Source of the DNA: Spirogloea muscicola
Taxonomy: Eukaryota
Assembly: GCA_009602725.1 (NCBI GenBank)
Contig: WELB01000026.1
Location: forward strand, 900,185-964,184
DNA: 64,000 nucleotides
Direction: 5' to 3'
Below are positions 12,134 through 24,945 of this stretch, piece by piece (position 1 is the stretch's first letter; the number at the start of each line of letters is the position of its first letter). The position numbers and the translations under genes are program-made. A model generated the notes under the pieces. The model did no database searches. It worked only from the letters and a program-made list of their open reading frames with translations, and was not told the DNA's origin.

Positions 12134-13439
12134 CGCCGCCGGGCGTGGAGGAGGCTCGGCCTTCGAGTTGGGCTCAAGACTGCGCAGCGCCCACTGGCGC
12201 CGGCGGCTGGAAAGCGCGCGCGCCCGTGTGAGGGGCTGGAGGCGCAACGAGGCGCCGAGCGAGCAGGCGAGGGGCGTGGCGGGGAGCCTGCGAGGTGGAG
12301 CCGTGTGGCAGAGCGGCGGGGTGGCGGTGCGGAGCAGCAAGAAGCGGAAAGGGAGCGCGGCTGCTGATGGCGAGGGGCATCTGTGAGAGCCAGCCCGCTA
12401 CATGCAGAGGGAGGGCTTCGGCGCCTGGATGGCCGCCGGCTGGGCAAGCAGGGCCCTCTCGGATGGCGAGGGGAAGCCCCGAGCTGAGGGCCGAGCGGGC
12501 TGGCCCGCAAGCTCGGGGGCCCGGGCGGGCAGGAGCAAGAGCCGGGGGAGTGGGCAAGGGGGCATCGGGCGCCACCCGATGCGCATCATCGGACGATGCG
12601 CAAGCTAGAACTCTCACGGTCGTTAGATGAAGCACATCCGCGGCGGCCAAGTGCCCTTGGTGACTGAAAGTGGTGTGGTCTGCGGGAGCAGGATCACTGG
12701 CCGCCCCCAAAAGGCGCGGGAGTGCCGGATGACGTCCCGCGGCCGCCAGCGTCCCCTGGGAGGCAACAGCGGACAAAGCAGGCTTTCGATCAGGTGGCCG
12801 CAGGGCGCAGCCGTGTGCCGACGACAGGGCCCTCAGCCGCCAGAAGAGGTTCCTGGCAGGGGCCATATGACTACCACGAACCGCAGTTAATGACCTGCTG
12901 TGTCTCCAAGCGCCAATGAAAGGCCCCTGGCAGGGGCCATCTGCGGCCACATGCAAACAGGGTGTCGCTCCGACGAGCGGCGCCCTTCCGCCGCGGCGCC
13001 GCCGGTGTTTGCCAAGCGGAGCCACGCAAATTCCAGGCCTCCGACGCCGAGTCGGGAGGCCGACGAAGCAACGGGCGACGCGGGGGCGGCACTGAAAACG
13101 GCACGCTTTCCGGCCCCTTCGGATCTTGTAAATGCTGCATTATGTAGTACTGTGGTAAATTAGCGGGCCGTGTTGGGTGACCATCTGACAAATGTTGTGT
13201 ATTTGAAACAAACGAAGGCCAAATGGCCAAGTACAAAGGCAAGCACTTCTAAATCTGACCTACATCTGACCAAGCCTATTGGGCTGTGGGAGCCTCCCTG
13301 TAGAAAGCTTGCACCACAAAGCTGGTCGAGCATCACATGGTGGCACAAGGGCTTGTCAATTGCCGTCTGGTATTCGGGCATCAGTTGCCGACCTCCATGT
13401 GATGACTCGTGGTTACTGAGCGGATCAGCTTAGCAGCAG

Positions 13440-14800
13440 GTGATGTATATTTGTTAATTTGCTTGCCTTTGTACTTGGCCATTCAAGCCCTCCATCAGTC
13501 AGTAAACTCGCTATTCTTCCTGTAGAAGGGAGGCCCCCGCACATGGTGTAAGTCGTGGGGCGATCGCGCTGCTCTGTGCGCCCTAGTATGGCTGCCACTC
13601 ACCAAGGGTGCTGCTCTGTGTGCGGCCAGGCGGAGCCTGTGCTCTCTGTGTACGATTTGTGTACGTTTTGGATAGAGCATAATTGAAAATTTCTGCTTTT
13701 GCTACGTAAGAGACGCAAACCTGAATTCCTAGATTTCCACAGAGATTAAGAGCTTTAGCTTGTGTAACAGTGTGACAGATGTCTGTGTGTGGTCGGAATC
13801 TGTGTGCAGGTCGTGAGGGGATCTGCGTCTGAAACGCCGAGACAGGGCGGTCTGCTGGTCCTTCAGAGAAAGGAAAGCATACACTGGAGGACTCTGAGTG
13901 GAGGAGACAAGAAGCGGAGGCTGCTGACCGTGAACGACAGGAGCAACATCAGGAGCAGCCAGAGCAGGAAGATATTCTGTGTGAGTCTCCATTGGGCTGG
14001 CTTTTTGCAAGGCATACTTCTGTTTAGACCTTCATCGTTGAGCTGGCCTCTCACAGCCATTATCTGACAATGAAAGAGCTTCTTCTTTCACAGCACACCG
14101 GGCGGGCGGACTCTGTGCAAGCCGGACGACTGACAGACCCCACGTCCGGCCAGTCGACCTTGTCGTTGACACGCCTGGCAGCAGCCCGTGCAACCACTGA
14201 CGTGATAGCCACACCAGTGGCGACAAGCTGTTCCCATCGGCTACAACGGCGGCTCAGGGTACACCACACCGCTTGCACTGCATGCGTCGCACCAGCTTCG
14301 CTGCAGCAATATAGGCATTCCCCTTGCATCTGCGAACCCATCGCGCCTTGGCTGCAACCTCCTGGGGCCGGTGGCCCCCATCCCTTAAGTGCAACTGAAT
14401 TAGGACATGGCTGTCAATTGAAGGTTACTAAGTTCTCATCTGCAGCAGCCGCTTGTTCTTGCTGAGGTACTTGTACTTTGGGCCTTCCACCTAAGGATCT
14501 TCAATCCTTTGGGGCCTGTCACAGCACGTCTCCTTGTAGGAAGAGCATAAGTTATGGGCGAGCTAATACGGCTCCACAAACGCCTACAAGCTTTGCCCAA
14601 AGAGTCTGCCGACCCGCAGCCACGGCGGCGCCAACAGGCTGGCCTTTGATGGGAGAGGCCACCTCCACCCGCCCCCGCCAACTCCGCCAGAGGATAACAG
14701 GAGGATCTTCTGCCCGTCTTGACGAGCATGGACACAGCATGGGGGGCTGGGCGTTTGAGTGCCAGTCATTTCCAATAGCAGGTGCGCCATAGAAGAAGTG
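13440..14800 (+). mobile_element. Possible decayed LTR-retrotransposon 5' region (LTR end, PBS and gag-like remnant)
   Basis: ...CCCGCACA directly followed by TGGTGTAAGTCGTGGGG at about 13544 (CA-TGG junction); downstream E/Q/R-rich coding-like stretch; no intact ORF. Confidence 0.3.
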
Positions 14801-14964
14801 GCTGTAAGAAAAGGTTGGTGACACTTCATGACCAGCTCAGCTCACCAACATAGTCAACATGTTGGGAGACGAGGCAACAGTGAGGCCGAGGAGCCCGACT
14901 CACGAAGCAGGGCGAAGGCGAGGCGAGTCCGTGGCAACCAGGGAATGACCCCAAAGCATCTAAG

Positions 14965-17900
14965 CTATTGTTTGCTGGCCTTCCTCTTGGACCTCCTGGG
15001 CCCTTCCATGGGCGACTTCCGCTTCTTGTCTACGCCATTGACACTGTGCTTCTTGTCACTCTTCTCCCCCTTGCCCTCCCCTTTCCTGGTCTTGCCCTTC
15101 ACACTAAGCAGGCCACTCTTGGCTACCTTCCCTCCCGTCTGCAAGAGAGCTTCCTCAAACTCTGTCTCCCTCCCGCTTATGGCGAATTGCTGAAGGCCTG
15201 CAGGGTCTAGTAGGCCCTTCATCTTTTCCTTCAGCTCCATCTGGCGAACCAGCCGAGCACTTAGCATGCACTTAGCTGACTGCACTCAAACAAGACCGCA
15301 AACTTCTCTGTCTTGGCTAGGTCTTCTGCTATTTACAGCATTGACTGACAGCACAAGCTCTCACAGATGCAGCTGCTTCTATGCTAAGCAACCACATGAC
15401 AAGGAGATACGTACTCTACTTATCACAAAAGCTCCTGCCGCAAGAACACAGTTTCCTGAATCTGCTAATCAAGCTCATCACTTGCAGGACTCAGTAAGAA
15501 AACAAGATATGCGCCATTTGCACGTACTTTCACTTTCCGTGCACCCTCGTCAAGGTCCTCCTCTACAGTGGCATCGTGAGGCACAAAGGTCACCTGCAGC
15601 ATCCAGGGATGCTCATATTTGTCAAAGGTGGAAGGAAATGCCGTCCACCTTGGAGCCTTGCCTGCAAGATCCACGACTTGCTTTGGAAATGCTCTTTGTC
15701 TTTCTCGCCATCTCACCTCCTTCATGCGAGGAAGTGTGAGCTCGACCTCCATTGCTGCAGCTGCATGCAGCTGACTATGAAGCTTCCGCACAGTTTTGTT
15801 GAAGAGGGCCAAGATCTGGTTTGAGGGTAGCTTCAGGTGTTGCTGCAAATGCAATTGACCATGTCAGGACCAAAACCAGCTTCGCTGGGCAGCCTCCTTG
15901 TCAATGTGGCGCAAACTCACTGTCTCAGATTGTAGGTTAAGGTTTAGTACATACTTCAACATCTGTGAGTTGCTGGTGCTGCAGGCCAAGGCAGAGGAGG
16001 ATGGCAGCCTGTCCATATGAGAGCGTCGTGGGAAGCCTTTCCAGGAAGTACAATCTTGCAATGGTTGGCAACAGGTCAAGAATCATGTGGTAGTCGACAA
16101 GATTCCTCGCATATGACTCCAGTCGCTTGAGATCATATGGTGTCAAAAGTGGGTTTGAGCCCTTGAAGATGGTCTCTCTGTTGACCACACCACTCTGTGC
16201 CTCCTGCTCTGTGAATGATATTTTTGGGTCGAGTAAGCTGAGGTTGCCAGACGTGATCAAACGAAGTAAAGTCAGTTTCCAAAGTCAATGCCTGGGCCTT
16301 CTGTATGTATCACGCAAGCCCCTCCATACACTGCCAGCTCGTAATGTAGATCCAAAAGGCACGCTCTGCTTGGAGAGAGCATGGAGTGGATGCTAATTTG
16401 TCTCCCTGTCATTGCAGCGACCACAAAGACATGATAACGACAGAGAGAAACAACCTAGGCTGAAGGGGTGTATGACCTAAGAGCTAATGCTGGTGGAAGA
16501 TTGCGGAAGCTGTATCCAAGAAGAAATGTCATTCTCCTCTTAAAATCTGCAAGGAAGACTTGGGGGTCTTAGACAGTTGCGGAACCACTTAAACAACATG
16601 CATGCCACGTTATGTTACCAGCTACCAAGTGCATAGTCTGCATCTGAGCATAAGGAGCTCATATTGTGCCAAAGAGCTGACATGACCAAGTACGCCTCGT
16701 GACAGATGCTCCGTCCAATATTTCTCTCTCTATCATTGGAGCAGTGTGCAAGCAAATCCGACACTACAGGCTGACCTTGAGAGAAAGGATGGAGCCAAGA
16801 CGATCCTGATGTTCCCGGCCCAGACTCCACCTCGTCATTCTGAAGTGGCCTCAGGACAATGGTTGTGTGCTCTCCTGTGATCTCGTTCTGCATTGCACTC
16901 CACAGTACCCTCAGACGTATGACGCTTCATGCTACATAATACCAGCTCATGGCAGCTTCACAAACACCAAATTGATGAGCTTACCTTTCAGATTATTCAC
17001 TACGCATCCTAATGGCAAAATGTGAGCCCATGCAAATGCCTAAGCAGTGATGACTTCTGCTGGATGCACTTGTGGCATCTTGTCTGCATACTGGCGGGTG
17101 GTTGACCTACTGTGATGCTACAGCATCTTGCAGCAAAGAGCTTAAGCAGCTCACTGGCGTTTGACGAAGGTACACTGGATGGAAGCGCTGCTTGCGCCAG
17201 AATGCGAACAGTGATTGCGTGAGACCAAACGATGCTCCCAGGTAGTGCAGCTGCTCTGCGCGTCGTTCTCTCAACCCAACAAGGAGAGGAGGGAGGTTGG
17301 CCCTTGGCTTCACCTGTTCCTCCTGCAGGCCTACCTGAAATAGATGTACAGCTTGCAAGCCATCAGCATAATGCAGAACATAATGTCGTAACCTCTGGAA
17401 ACACATAAAGTCGAAGATGCATGTCAAGGATAACTTTAAATCACATGATTGTAGAGAAGATTATTTGATGAGAAGTTTCTTGAGCTCAAAAGATTGGTCC
17501 TACCTCCTTAGCTGCCTCCAGAGCACCTGAGGTTGGATCTGAGGAGTTTTCCTCCAGACCATCTTCTTCCAGACTGGTCAGCTGTCCCTCATAATATCTA
17601 AAAGTCCCCAATATGGGTCACAGTCAGCCTGAACAGCCTTTGTGGGTAATTTATGGAAGCTCATTGCTAACAACCTCAACGGAGGAGAAGCAGCTGTGAG
17701 GGCCAGGCAAGGAAGTGCATAGAGGACACTGAAAGAAGCCGGGATACAAGACGAGCTTTGCAGCTAGATGGCACATGCTAGCTGCTAGAAATGTATCAAG
17801 CGAATCCAGTGAGCTTGACAACTGTTAGCATTCCAGCAGCTAGCACCGGATAGGCGGCCATCTGAGAGAACTGGCCCACCTGGCCAGCAGATCAACAGCT

Positions 17901-20900
17901 CGCGAACCGTAGCCAGCCTGGACATGCGTAAATCAGCCTATTCAGACTTGGCATGCCTCTAGAAGGAACATGAATGAAAGCCTCCAATATCAGAACTGCA
18001 CAAATTAGAGCTGGGCAGCTTACTCTGACAAGATCAGGGTGGGTAGCAATGCGGACAATTCTGGCTCCCGAGAGGGATGGAAACTCAGCGTCCTGGAACT
18101 GCTGCGACACAGTCCAGGGGATTAGGTCCCCAGTCGGCTGGTAACCCTGCGCCAAGTGCTGCTGCGCAGACTGCCTGGAAATGTCACCCTCCAGGCAGAC
18201 CTGTACAGCAGCAAAAAATTTATTTCAGCTTACATGGTGAGCAATGAAAACTCCAAAAGGTCTCATTAAGAGTATCACACTATGACGGTTGAAAATAGCG
18301 CAAGATGCAATCTGTGATAGTAATGAACGCTGCTGACACGAGGTCCCTCTGTCAACCAGCGCACAGCCCACCAGATACAGCAGCTGATGCTAGGGGGTTG
18401 GACAAGGGCTGCAGTGAAGGATTAACCTGGACAACGCAGAGAATGTCAGGTAGCCCAGATTGGTCTTCATGCACTGGCCCTGTATTGCCGCAGGAAAGGT
18501 AAATGAACATACTCAGCGAAAGGCCATAATCCCCTCAGAACATGTGAGCTTAACGGGTCTTGTGCTTTTACCAGCACCATTGGAACACTCATCGATGAAA
18601 GTGTTGCAGAGGACACCAGTGAGGCGGTGAAGCAAGTAGCAACACGATCCAATCTCACCGAGCAGGACAAAGAGGTGATGTGCAGGTGCATCAGACATCA
18701 GCTGAAGGTCATTTGGCGTGTTCTTGTAGTGTGAAGCAACATACAACGCCATTGTTCTCTGACAACAAAAGGAGTTTTGGGAGACGAAGTAAAGTGTCAG
18801 CTGATTTTGAGTGTACCCACAACAACTACAAGCAGTGGCAATCAAAAAGCTGAAGTCCATGACTTAGCTACTAGAGATGCCTCCCTGGATTGCACTTCAA
18901 GAGAAACGATTCATTCCTGCTGCCGCAACTCAGAGACCTGAAGAAACTCTTCGCTCGCACGATGGTGAGAAAAGAGGGTATCCCTGTTCACGTAGAATAG
19001 ATCGCATTCGTTTGGATGGGGTAGGCTGCACGCAAGAGAGGTGCACCATGCATCAAGCATCAAGCACAGCTACAGCGAGCTCAAAAGACATACTTGAAAC
19101 TGCACGAAAAATGGCGAGCTGGAATTGCAAGCACTTCCACTTTCAGATAACTAAGAGAACAAGAACAACCAGCCATGAAAGCATGTAGCCACACACCGAC
19201 TGGAAAGCTTGGTGACATGGTTGGCAGCACTGAGGCAGAGAAGACTGTTCAGCCAGGCTTCTATTGGGTCTCCAGGAGCGTATCTGATTGGCTCAGCAAG
19301 CTGCACCTCCTTGAAGACGCGACCTGCCCTACAGGTAGATGATAATCTGCTGAGTCATTCCTAAACGAAGCATTGTACAAAGAAGTAAACAAACTGCTGA
19401 TATCTTCCAACAAGAGGTAAGCCATTCTTCCAGGACATACAGAGCTCACCTGAGGCTGCACCCTCGCCCTGCTTGGCACCAGCCGTGGATTTCTGTGCCT
19501 GCTCCTTGAGCTGCTGGATGAGCTTGAGCGACAGGGACCGCCCGGTGCCCTCATAGCTGCATCACGCAGCAGAGCATCTTTGACTGAAGTGAGGTTGCCC
19601 ACTCTTGCTGCCTCAGACAAGGTGTTGGGATATCATTCGATCACAGAATACTAAACAATGATCGAAAAACGTGGGATCTCACCCATTGACCGTGGAGCAC
19701 AGGAAGATGAGGTAGGGGCCAAGAAGCGCTTTGACAATGGGGAGGGGAATAGCGGCAGCCTCGTCCACCACGAGCAGCTCGGCCTGGGCCAACCTCTCGC
19801 TGTGCTGGGGTTGGATGTACTGCAGGAGGAGGAGGTGAACGGGTTAACCTACACATTTACTACATGAAGTAGACTAAAGAGGACGCCGATGGAGTCAGAC
19901 CGATATGTCATGCAGGTGGACAAGGTCAGGACTGGAAAAGAGAATGGTCCACTTTTAAGAAGTTCTAAGTATGACCTGAACAGTTTGGCGATGCTGGCGG
20001 AAGACATTCATTCGGATGATGGCCTTGTTGAATGTAGGATTGGTGCTCTCGACAAGGTCATAGTCAATGTGTTCCTGCAGTCATGTGACAACCTCATAAG
20101 GCAACCTCAATTCTGTAACTCCGGAGCCTGTCCAGTGCTTCATACAGATGTCATCCTTAGAGGAAAGTCTCTTGACAGTGCAAGAGTCAAGTCAAGCATG
20201 TAGTGGTGTGCAGGGATCAAGTGCAAGTGCGTTCTCAGCAATATTAAGGGGTATTGAGGCCAACCTTGTAATCCATGGCATCAAAGCCCTTGCATATGAA
20301 GTCAAAGAGGGTCCGCAGGTTCTCAGGGCTCGGTGACGTCACAAAGATGTTCGAATAGCTGCACACATCTCATATGACGCTAAGCTCTGCAGCATGCGCT
20401 GCAAACGCAAGCCAACACCGCATAGCACAGAGCTGATGGACTACATCTCCCCATCTGCTCACTCAAAGGCGACGCCGCCTTCATTGCATGCAAATCTGCT
20501 GATACTTCTTCTTCTTGAGACATTTGATGACAATCCTGTGCCTCCTCAGCATGACAAGCAAGGCCATCAAGCCTCACACAAGCTTTGGTTGTAGTCTTTT
20601 CCGTGGGGGCAGATAGTCACCCAAGAGCAATGGCTCCAGCAATGGCTACTCCCAAGGCGGCTGACTTTCCTCGGCCTCTGGCTGCAGTGAGGGCGACGGT
20701 GGACCGCAGCGTCTTCTCAGAGATGGCATCCAAGAAGGTGATTACTGCCTTCGCCTGCCATACAGGCAGGGACGTGTAGGTCCAATATCAACTAACAGGT
20801 TCCAAATCACTAAATGACTGCTGTGAGCATTGACTCACTCTAGAGAGCAGCAAGGTCCTTTCAAAGTGCCACTGTATTTCACGGGTGCAGCCTTACAAGT

Positions 20901-23164
20901 CTGCATGGAGGAGATTCACCAAGCGGACAGGTCCTGGTCGGAACAACTTGACAGGAGAGTGGCTGCGAAAGCAGACTTCCACGTCACCCTGCAGACCTTT
21001 ACTGCAGGGTGAACAGAAGGAGAGGATACCAGCACACCAACCTGATCCAAGGTGCGGCATTTGTCAACAAGGGCCCCCATCGGCTGGGTGTCCTTGAGCG
21101 ACTCCTTGAGCTCCTTCAGGTCCTGCTCAGCCTCTGTTGTGCTCTCTTCTACCTTTCAGAGAGTGACACAAGTGTCAATAAAATGCAATAAGACACTGTT
21201 GTATCCTCTTGGACTCGAGCCTGATATTCATTCATTGTTGTTGGAAAACCTGCTGTTTGTTCTACCAGCATCTGAAGTTGCAGCACTCTTATATCCTATG
21301 AGCAGCTGCACACGTAGTAAAGCCTCACCTCGGACTTGGGGTGCGGCTGGAGGTTCCTTATGTGCGAGGAGATTGGGAGGATGTTGAGCTCATCATCCAT
21401 GACAACGCATGCCCGGCAGTTTGCGAGGGACAGGATGAAGCGCTCATTGAAGCGTCCCGTCACATCTGTGTGGGACTCCGTCCGGAAGCGGGCGTGCACA
21501 TCCTGCCAGACCAAGGCATCAAGAGAGGCTCAGCGGAGGAGGAGCCAAGTAGCTTACTGTGCAGCAACTATGGAAACATCAAATATGGAGGCGTCAACAC
21601 TCTGATCATAATGTATAGCAGAGGTCCATGACGTGGCTGAGCAACTCTTGCAAAGGAGGCTGCTGACCATCGTCATGGTGTAAAGCTTGGAGAGCGATGT
21701 GAGGGAGCTGAGGAGCAGAACAATGATGCCTCCGCCCTCTACCGCCTCAACTGTCCGTGCCAGGAGATTTGGCGTGAGGGCTTCAAAGTCCTGACTTCAG
21801 AAGAGCGAGTTGCCTCATGAGACGCTTTGAGAGACACAGCAATGCTCCAGCATCACTTGACCAGCGCTGAGTGCTAATGATGAGCTTTAGACTTGTCGGG
21901 CTTGGACAGCTCCGCCCAAGTTGCACCACGTCTATGACCCTGAGTAATTTTTCCACGAATATGGCGACCAAAAAGTACCTCACCTGTCCACGACATTCCA
22001 GCTGATGGCTAATGGGGCCTACACAAGTGGTAATTCACCAGGTCCATCATGCTATCAAAGAGAATTACTGAAAGTGTGCTTCTTAGAGAGTGAGTCGCAA
22101 AGAAGAACAGCAGGTCATGATTGGACCCCTGTATGACAGCCCCTGACAATGCAACGCGCACTGCTTGTCTTGGGCTAAAGCACGTGACCAATGTCCCAGT
22201 GGTAGCTCTGGTGCGAGGGAGGGGAGGCAGTGAAACCTGGAGGACGCACATGCCAAAGGTGTTGCCGAGGATCTTGTGCGTGTCCGAGTAATAGCAGTAG
22301 CGGATGTTGGTGGACGCCACGAAGAGTGCAAAGGGGTCCTCCTTCTCTGGGTCCAGCTTGCCCTGCTGCTTCATCTTCCGCACCTCTTTCTGCCGCTTGC
22401 GCCAGTGGCTTCATCAAAGTGGCGAAGAAGAGCAGCCAGTCAGACATTTAGTCCCTTTAGTCCACCATACGGCTCACTTCAAGGGTTTTGCAACTGGACA
22501 ATCTCGTGCGTCGTAAACGGGACTGGCGGTGGAAAGAAGCCAGTCTGCTTAAACATCCAATGGATGTAATGATGGCCCTCATCCAGTGCAATGACCGACT
22601 TGGCAGCTTGTGCGGAGCTTTTTCAACGGCAGCTGCCGGTGCGAAGGCCAGTTCCTCACAAGCTGGTTCTCACTGTCCCAAACTCTGCAAGAAGGCCTCA
22701 AGGCCCTCATGGCGGAGCCACAGCCTGACAGTAAGCACCCAGGGAAGGCAGTTGAGTTGCGCAAGGTCTGGCATGAGCTTGCTCACCTGCTTAAATAGAG
22801 CTCCTTCTTGTAGCACCACAGCACGGACGGCCGGGCCTTGACGACGGACTTTGAGAGCAGGTAGTGCAAGTTCACAACCTGAAGGAGGCGAGAGCCGCAG
22901 GCGGGGGGAGCGGACGAGCGACTGAGTGCCTGCCGTTGGCGTGTGCCGCACCTTGGCTGCTGCAGTCACTCTCTCTCAGAAGGACAGCAGGGGCAACATA
23001 GCGTGTAGTCGAGCCTCGACGGGCAGCGGCCGAGGGTGGCGGTCGAGGGCGCGCCAGACCTGGTCTCGCCCGCGGTCGCCGACGATGACGAACATGGAGC
23101 GGTGGCGGGCACGGACGCCGTTCTCCACCAGCGTCAGGATGCGCATGTCCACGCGCTTCTTCAT
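14965..23164 (-). CDS. NAT10: RNA cytidine acetyltransferase NAT10/Kre33, more than 20 exons
   Basis: MKKRVDMRILTLVENGVRARHRSMFVIVGDRGRDQ; ILGNTFGMCVLQ|DFEALTPNLLARTVEAVEGGG; RFNERFILSL; LTAARGRGKSAALG; SHYKNTPNDLQL; GDLIPWTVSQQF; RIVRIATHPD; DLKRLESY; K-rich C-terminus. Confidence 0.97.
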
Positions 23165-23441
23165 GGCGCCCCCCGCGGCCGTCGGCGCTGAGAGCACGGG
23201 CGACCACCGCTGAGGGGGGGTAAGGAGGGGGGGGCAGAATGAGGGGGACTTTAAACCCTGGCGCTTGTGGAAGCCCTGCGCCGAGCCGGGGTTTAAGGAC
23301 TGTGACTCCCTGCACTGCCCGTTTGCCCGCCGTCAAAACCCGCCCATGAATCGGCCCTTTTGCACTTCGTTAACCAGCTCGATTCAGCCAACCCTAAGCT
23401 CCTTCACCTCCATCGCCGCCGCCGCCGCCGCCGCCGCCGCG
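23165..23441. promoter_or_regulatory. Short bidirectional promoter between NAT10 and UBL5 with telo-box-like motifs
   Basis: Divergent ATGs about 280 bp apart; TAAACCCT at about 23252, GGGTTTA at about 23290, AACCCTAA at about 23390. Confidence 0.5.
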
Positions 23442-23625
23442 ATGATCGAGGTGGTGCTGAACGACCGGCTGGGCAAGAAGGTCCGCGTCAAGTGCAACGA
23501 GGACGACACGATCGGCGACCTCAAGAAGCTCGTGGCAGCGCAGACCGGCACGCGGCCCGAGAAGATCCGCATCCAGAAGTGGTACACCATCTACAAGGAC
23601 CACATAACGCTCGCCGATTACGAGG

Positions 23626-23662
<37 letters not shown>

Positions 23663-23663
23663 A
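23442..23663 (+). CDS. UBL5: Ubiquitin-like protein 5 (Hub1), intronless CDS
   Basis: [73 protein letters not shown]. Confidence 0.99.
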
Positions 23664-24945
23664 GCGGAAGCACTGACGAGCTCGGTTTCGCGCTGCTCAA
23701 TGGGAGGCAAAGGAGGGTATGAATATGCCGACGACAGCGACGAGGAGCCAAGGGACGCAGGCAAGCGCTGCTGGTGGCGACTTGGTTACAGATGCTTCTC
23801 AGTAGGGAGAGCTGCCTAGCAAGGATAAGCGTTTGTTGGCGAGGCCACCTGTGGGGGCCAGGCAACACAGACCGGACAGCCGGTGTATGGGGATCCGCAA
23901 GCATCATCAGCGAGCTGGCGAAGGCTGGCCGAAAGGCCAAGTCCAAGGAGGGTGGCAGCATCGGCGCACCACCTCACCGAACCTCGCAGCCTGCCTATAT
24001 AGGTGTCACAAGTTGCAAACGACCATGGCCGCCGCAGGTGGGCCCTGGATTCCCGGCTCATTGCATCTGCAGGAGCGTGCATCTCATCAGCCTCGTCAAG
24101 GGGCTTAGTGGGCAGCTCTTGCATCTCATTTACCATGCTGCCAATATCCCAACAATCAGAGCAATGACGTATCTTGCGCTTGGTGCTTGTGACCCTTGCG
24201 CCTTAAATTTACAGTCCTAGACCTTGCTTTGCAGATTGTTCAAGGTGTGGATGGCTGTAGCCATTCCGGCCTAAGTTTTGTAAATTCCTAGCAGTCTTTG
24301 ATTGCGTCTATTGATTCGTAATTTCTGCCTCTTCCATCGGCCAGGTCGCATTTGTTAGTCGGGCAGCACCAGGTCCTGGTGCACAATACGTTCATGAATG
24401 TAAATTGATAGCTAGTTGTGAACTTTGGACGCAGCACGGGTTGAGGATGTCTTAGGTGGATGATGTAAATTTCATATAAGTTCATAATCATTTGCTTTGA
24501 CTGGCCGCTGTGACGTTTGTGTGTTACATACTTCATCAAGGTCTTGTAGCCCAACATCTTAGTATGTTTGTCCACCATTTTGCATATATTGCAGGTGTGC
24601 TTGTGAAATTAAGGTGGGCTTCTTGCTGTCAAGCTGTTAATGGTTTTATAAGTTGTCTCGCTTTTTACAAATGCATAGTTTGCCAACTAGGCATTGATCA
24701 TAATCTTGATTTGTCTTTGACCACAAGCGACCCAAAGAACGCAGACTTGACACTTTGTGGCCCTAGCCTCGTGCTACTCCACCCTTTGTGTGCTGGGCAC
24801 GATGACTTGTCAAACTTGTGCATGAACTTGCCGTACTTTTGGGAAGGTTTTGGTGAAGTAGACACCCACATAAAATGACTCTAACTCAGTACTGAGAATG
24901 TACATCTGAAGTCGCAGACCTTGCTAAAACTCCAGCACAGATGTC

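Noticed and set aside
11398..13025. Long overlapping ORFs in GC-rich DNA (e.g. 11398-12510, 11507-12367, 12174-13025; also 7427-8557, 43820-44716)
   Set aside because: Arg/Pro/Ala-rich shadow frames expected at high GC, with no recognisable domains beyond the exons already assigned
14965..23164. Intronic snoRNAs in NAT10
   Set aside because: No convincing C/D box pair with terminal stem found by eye; needs an Infernal search
23700..24900. Possible extra gene between UBL5 and PUKI
   Set aside because: A few splice-like sites but no coherent or recognisable protein
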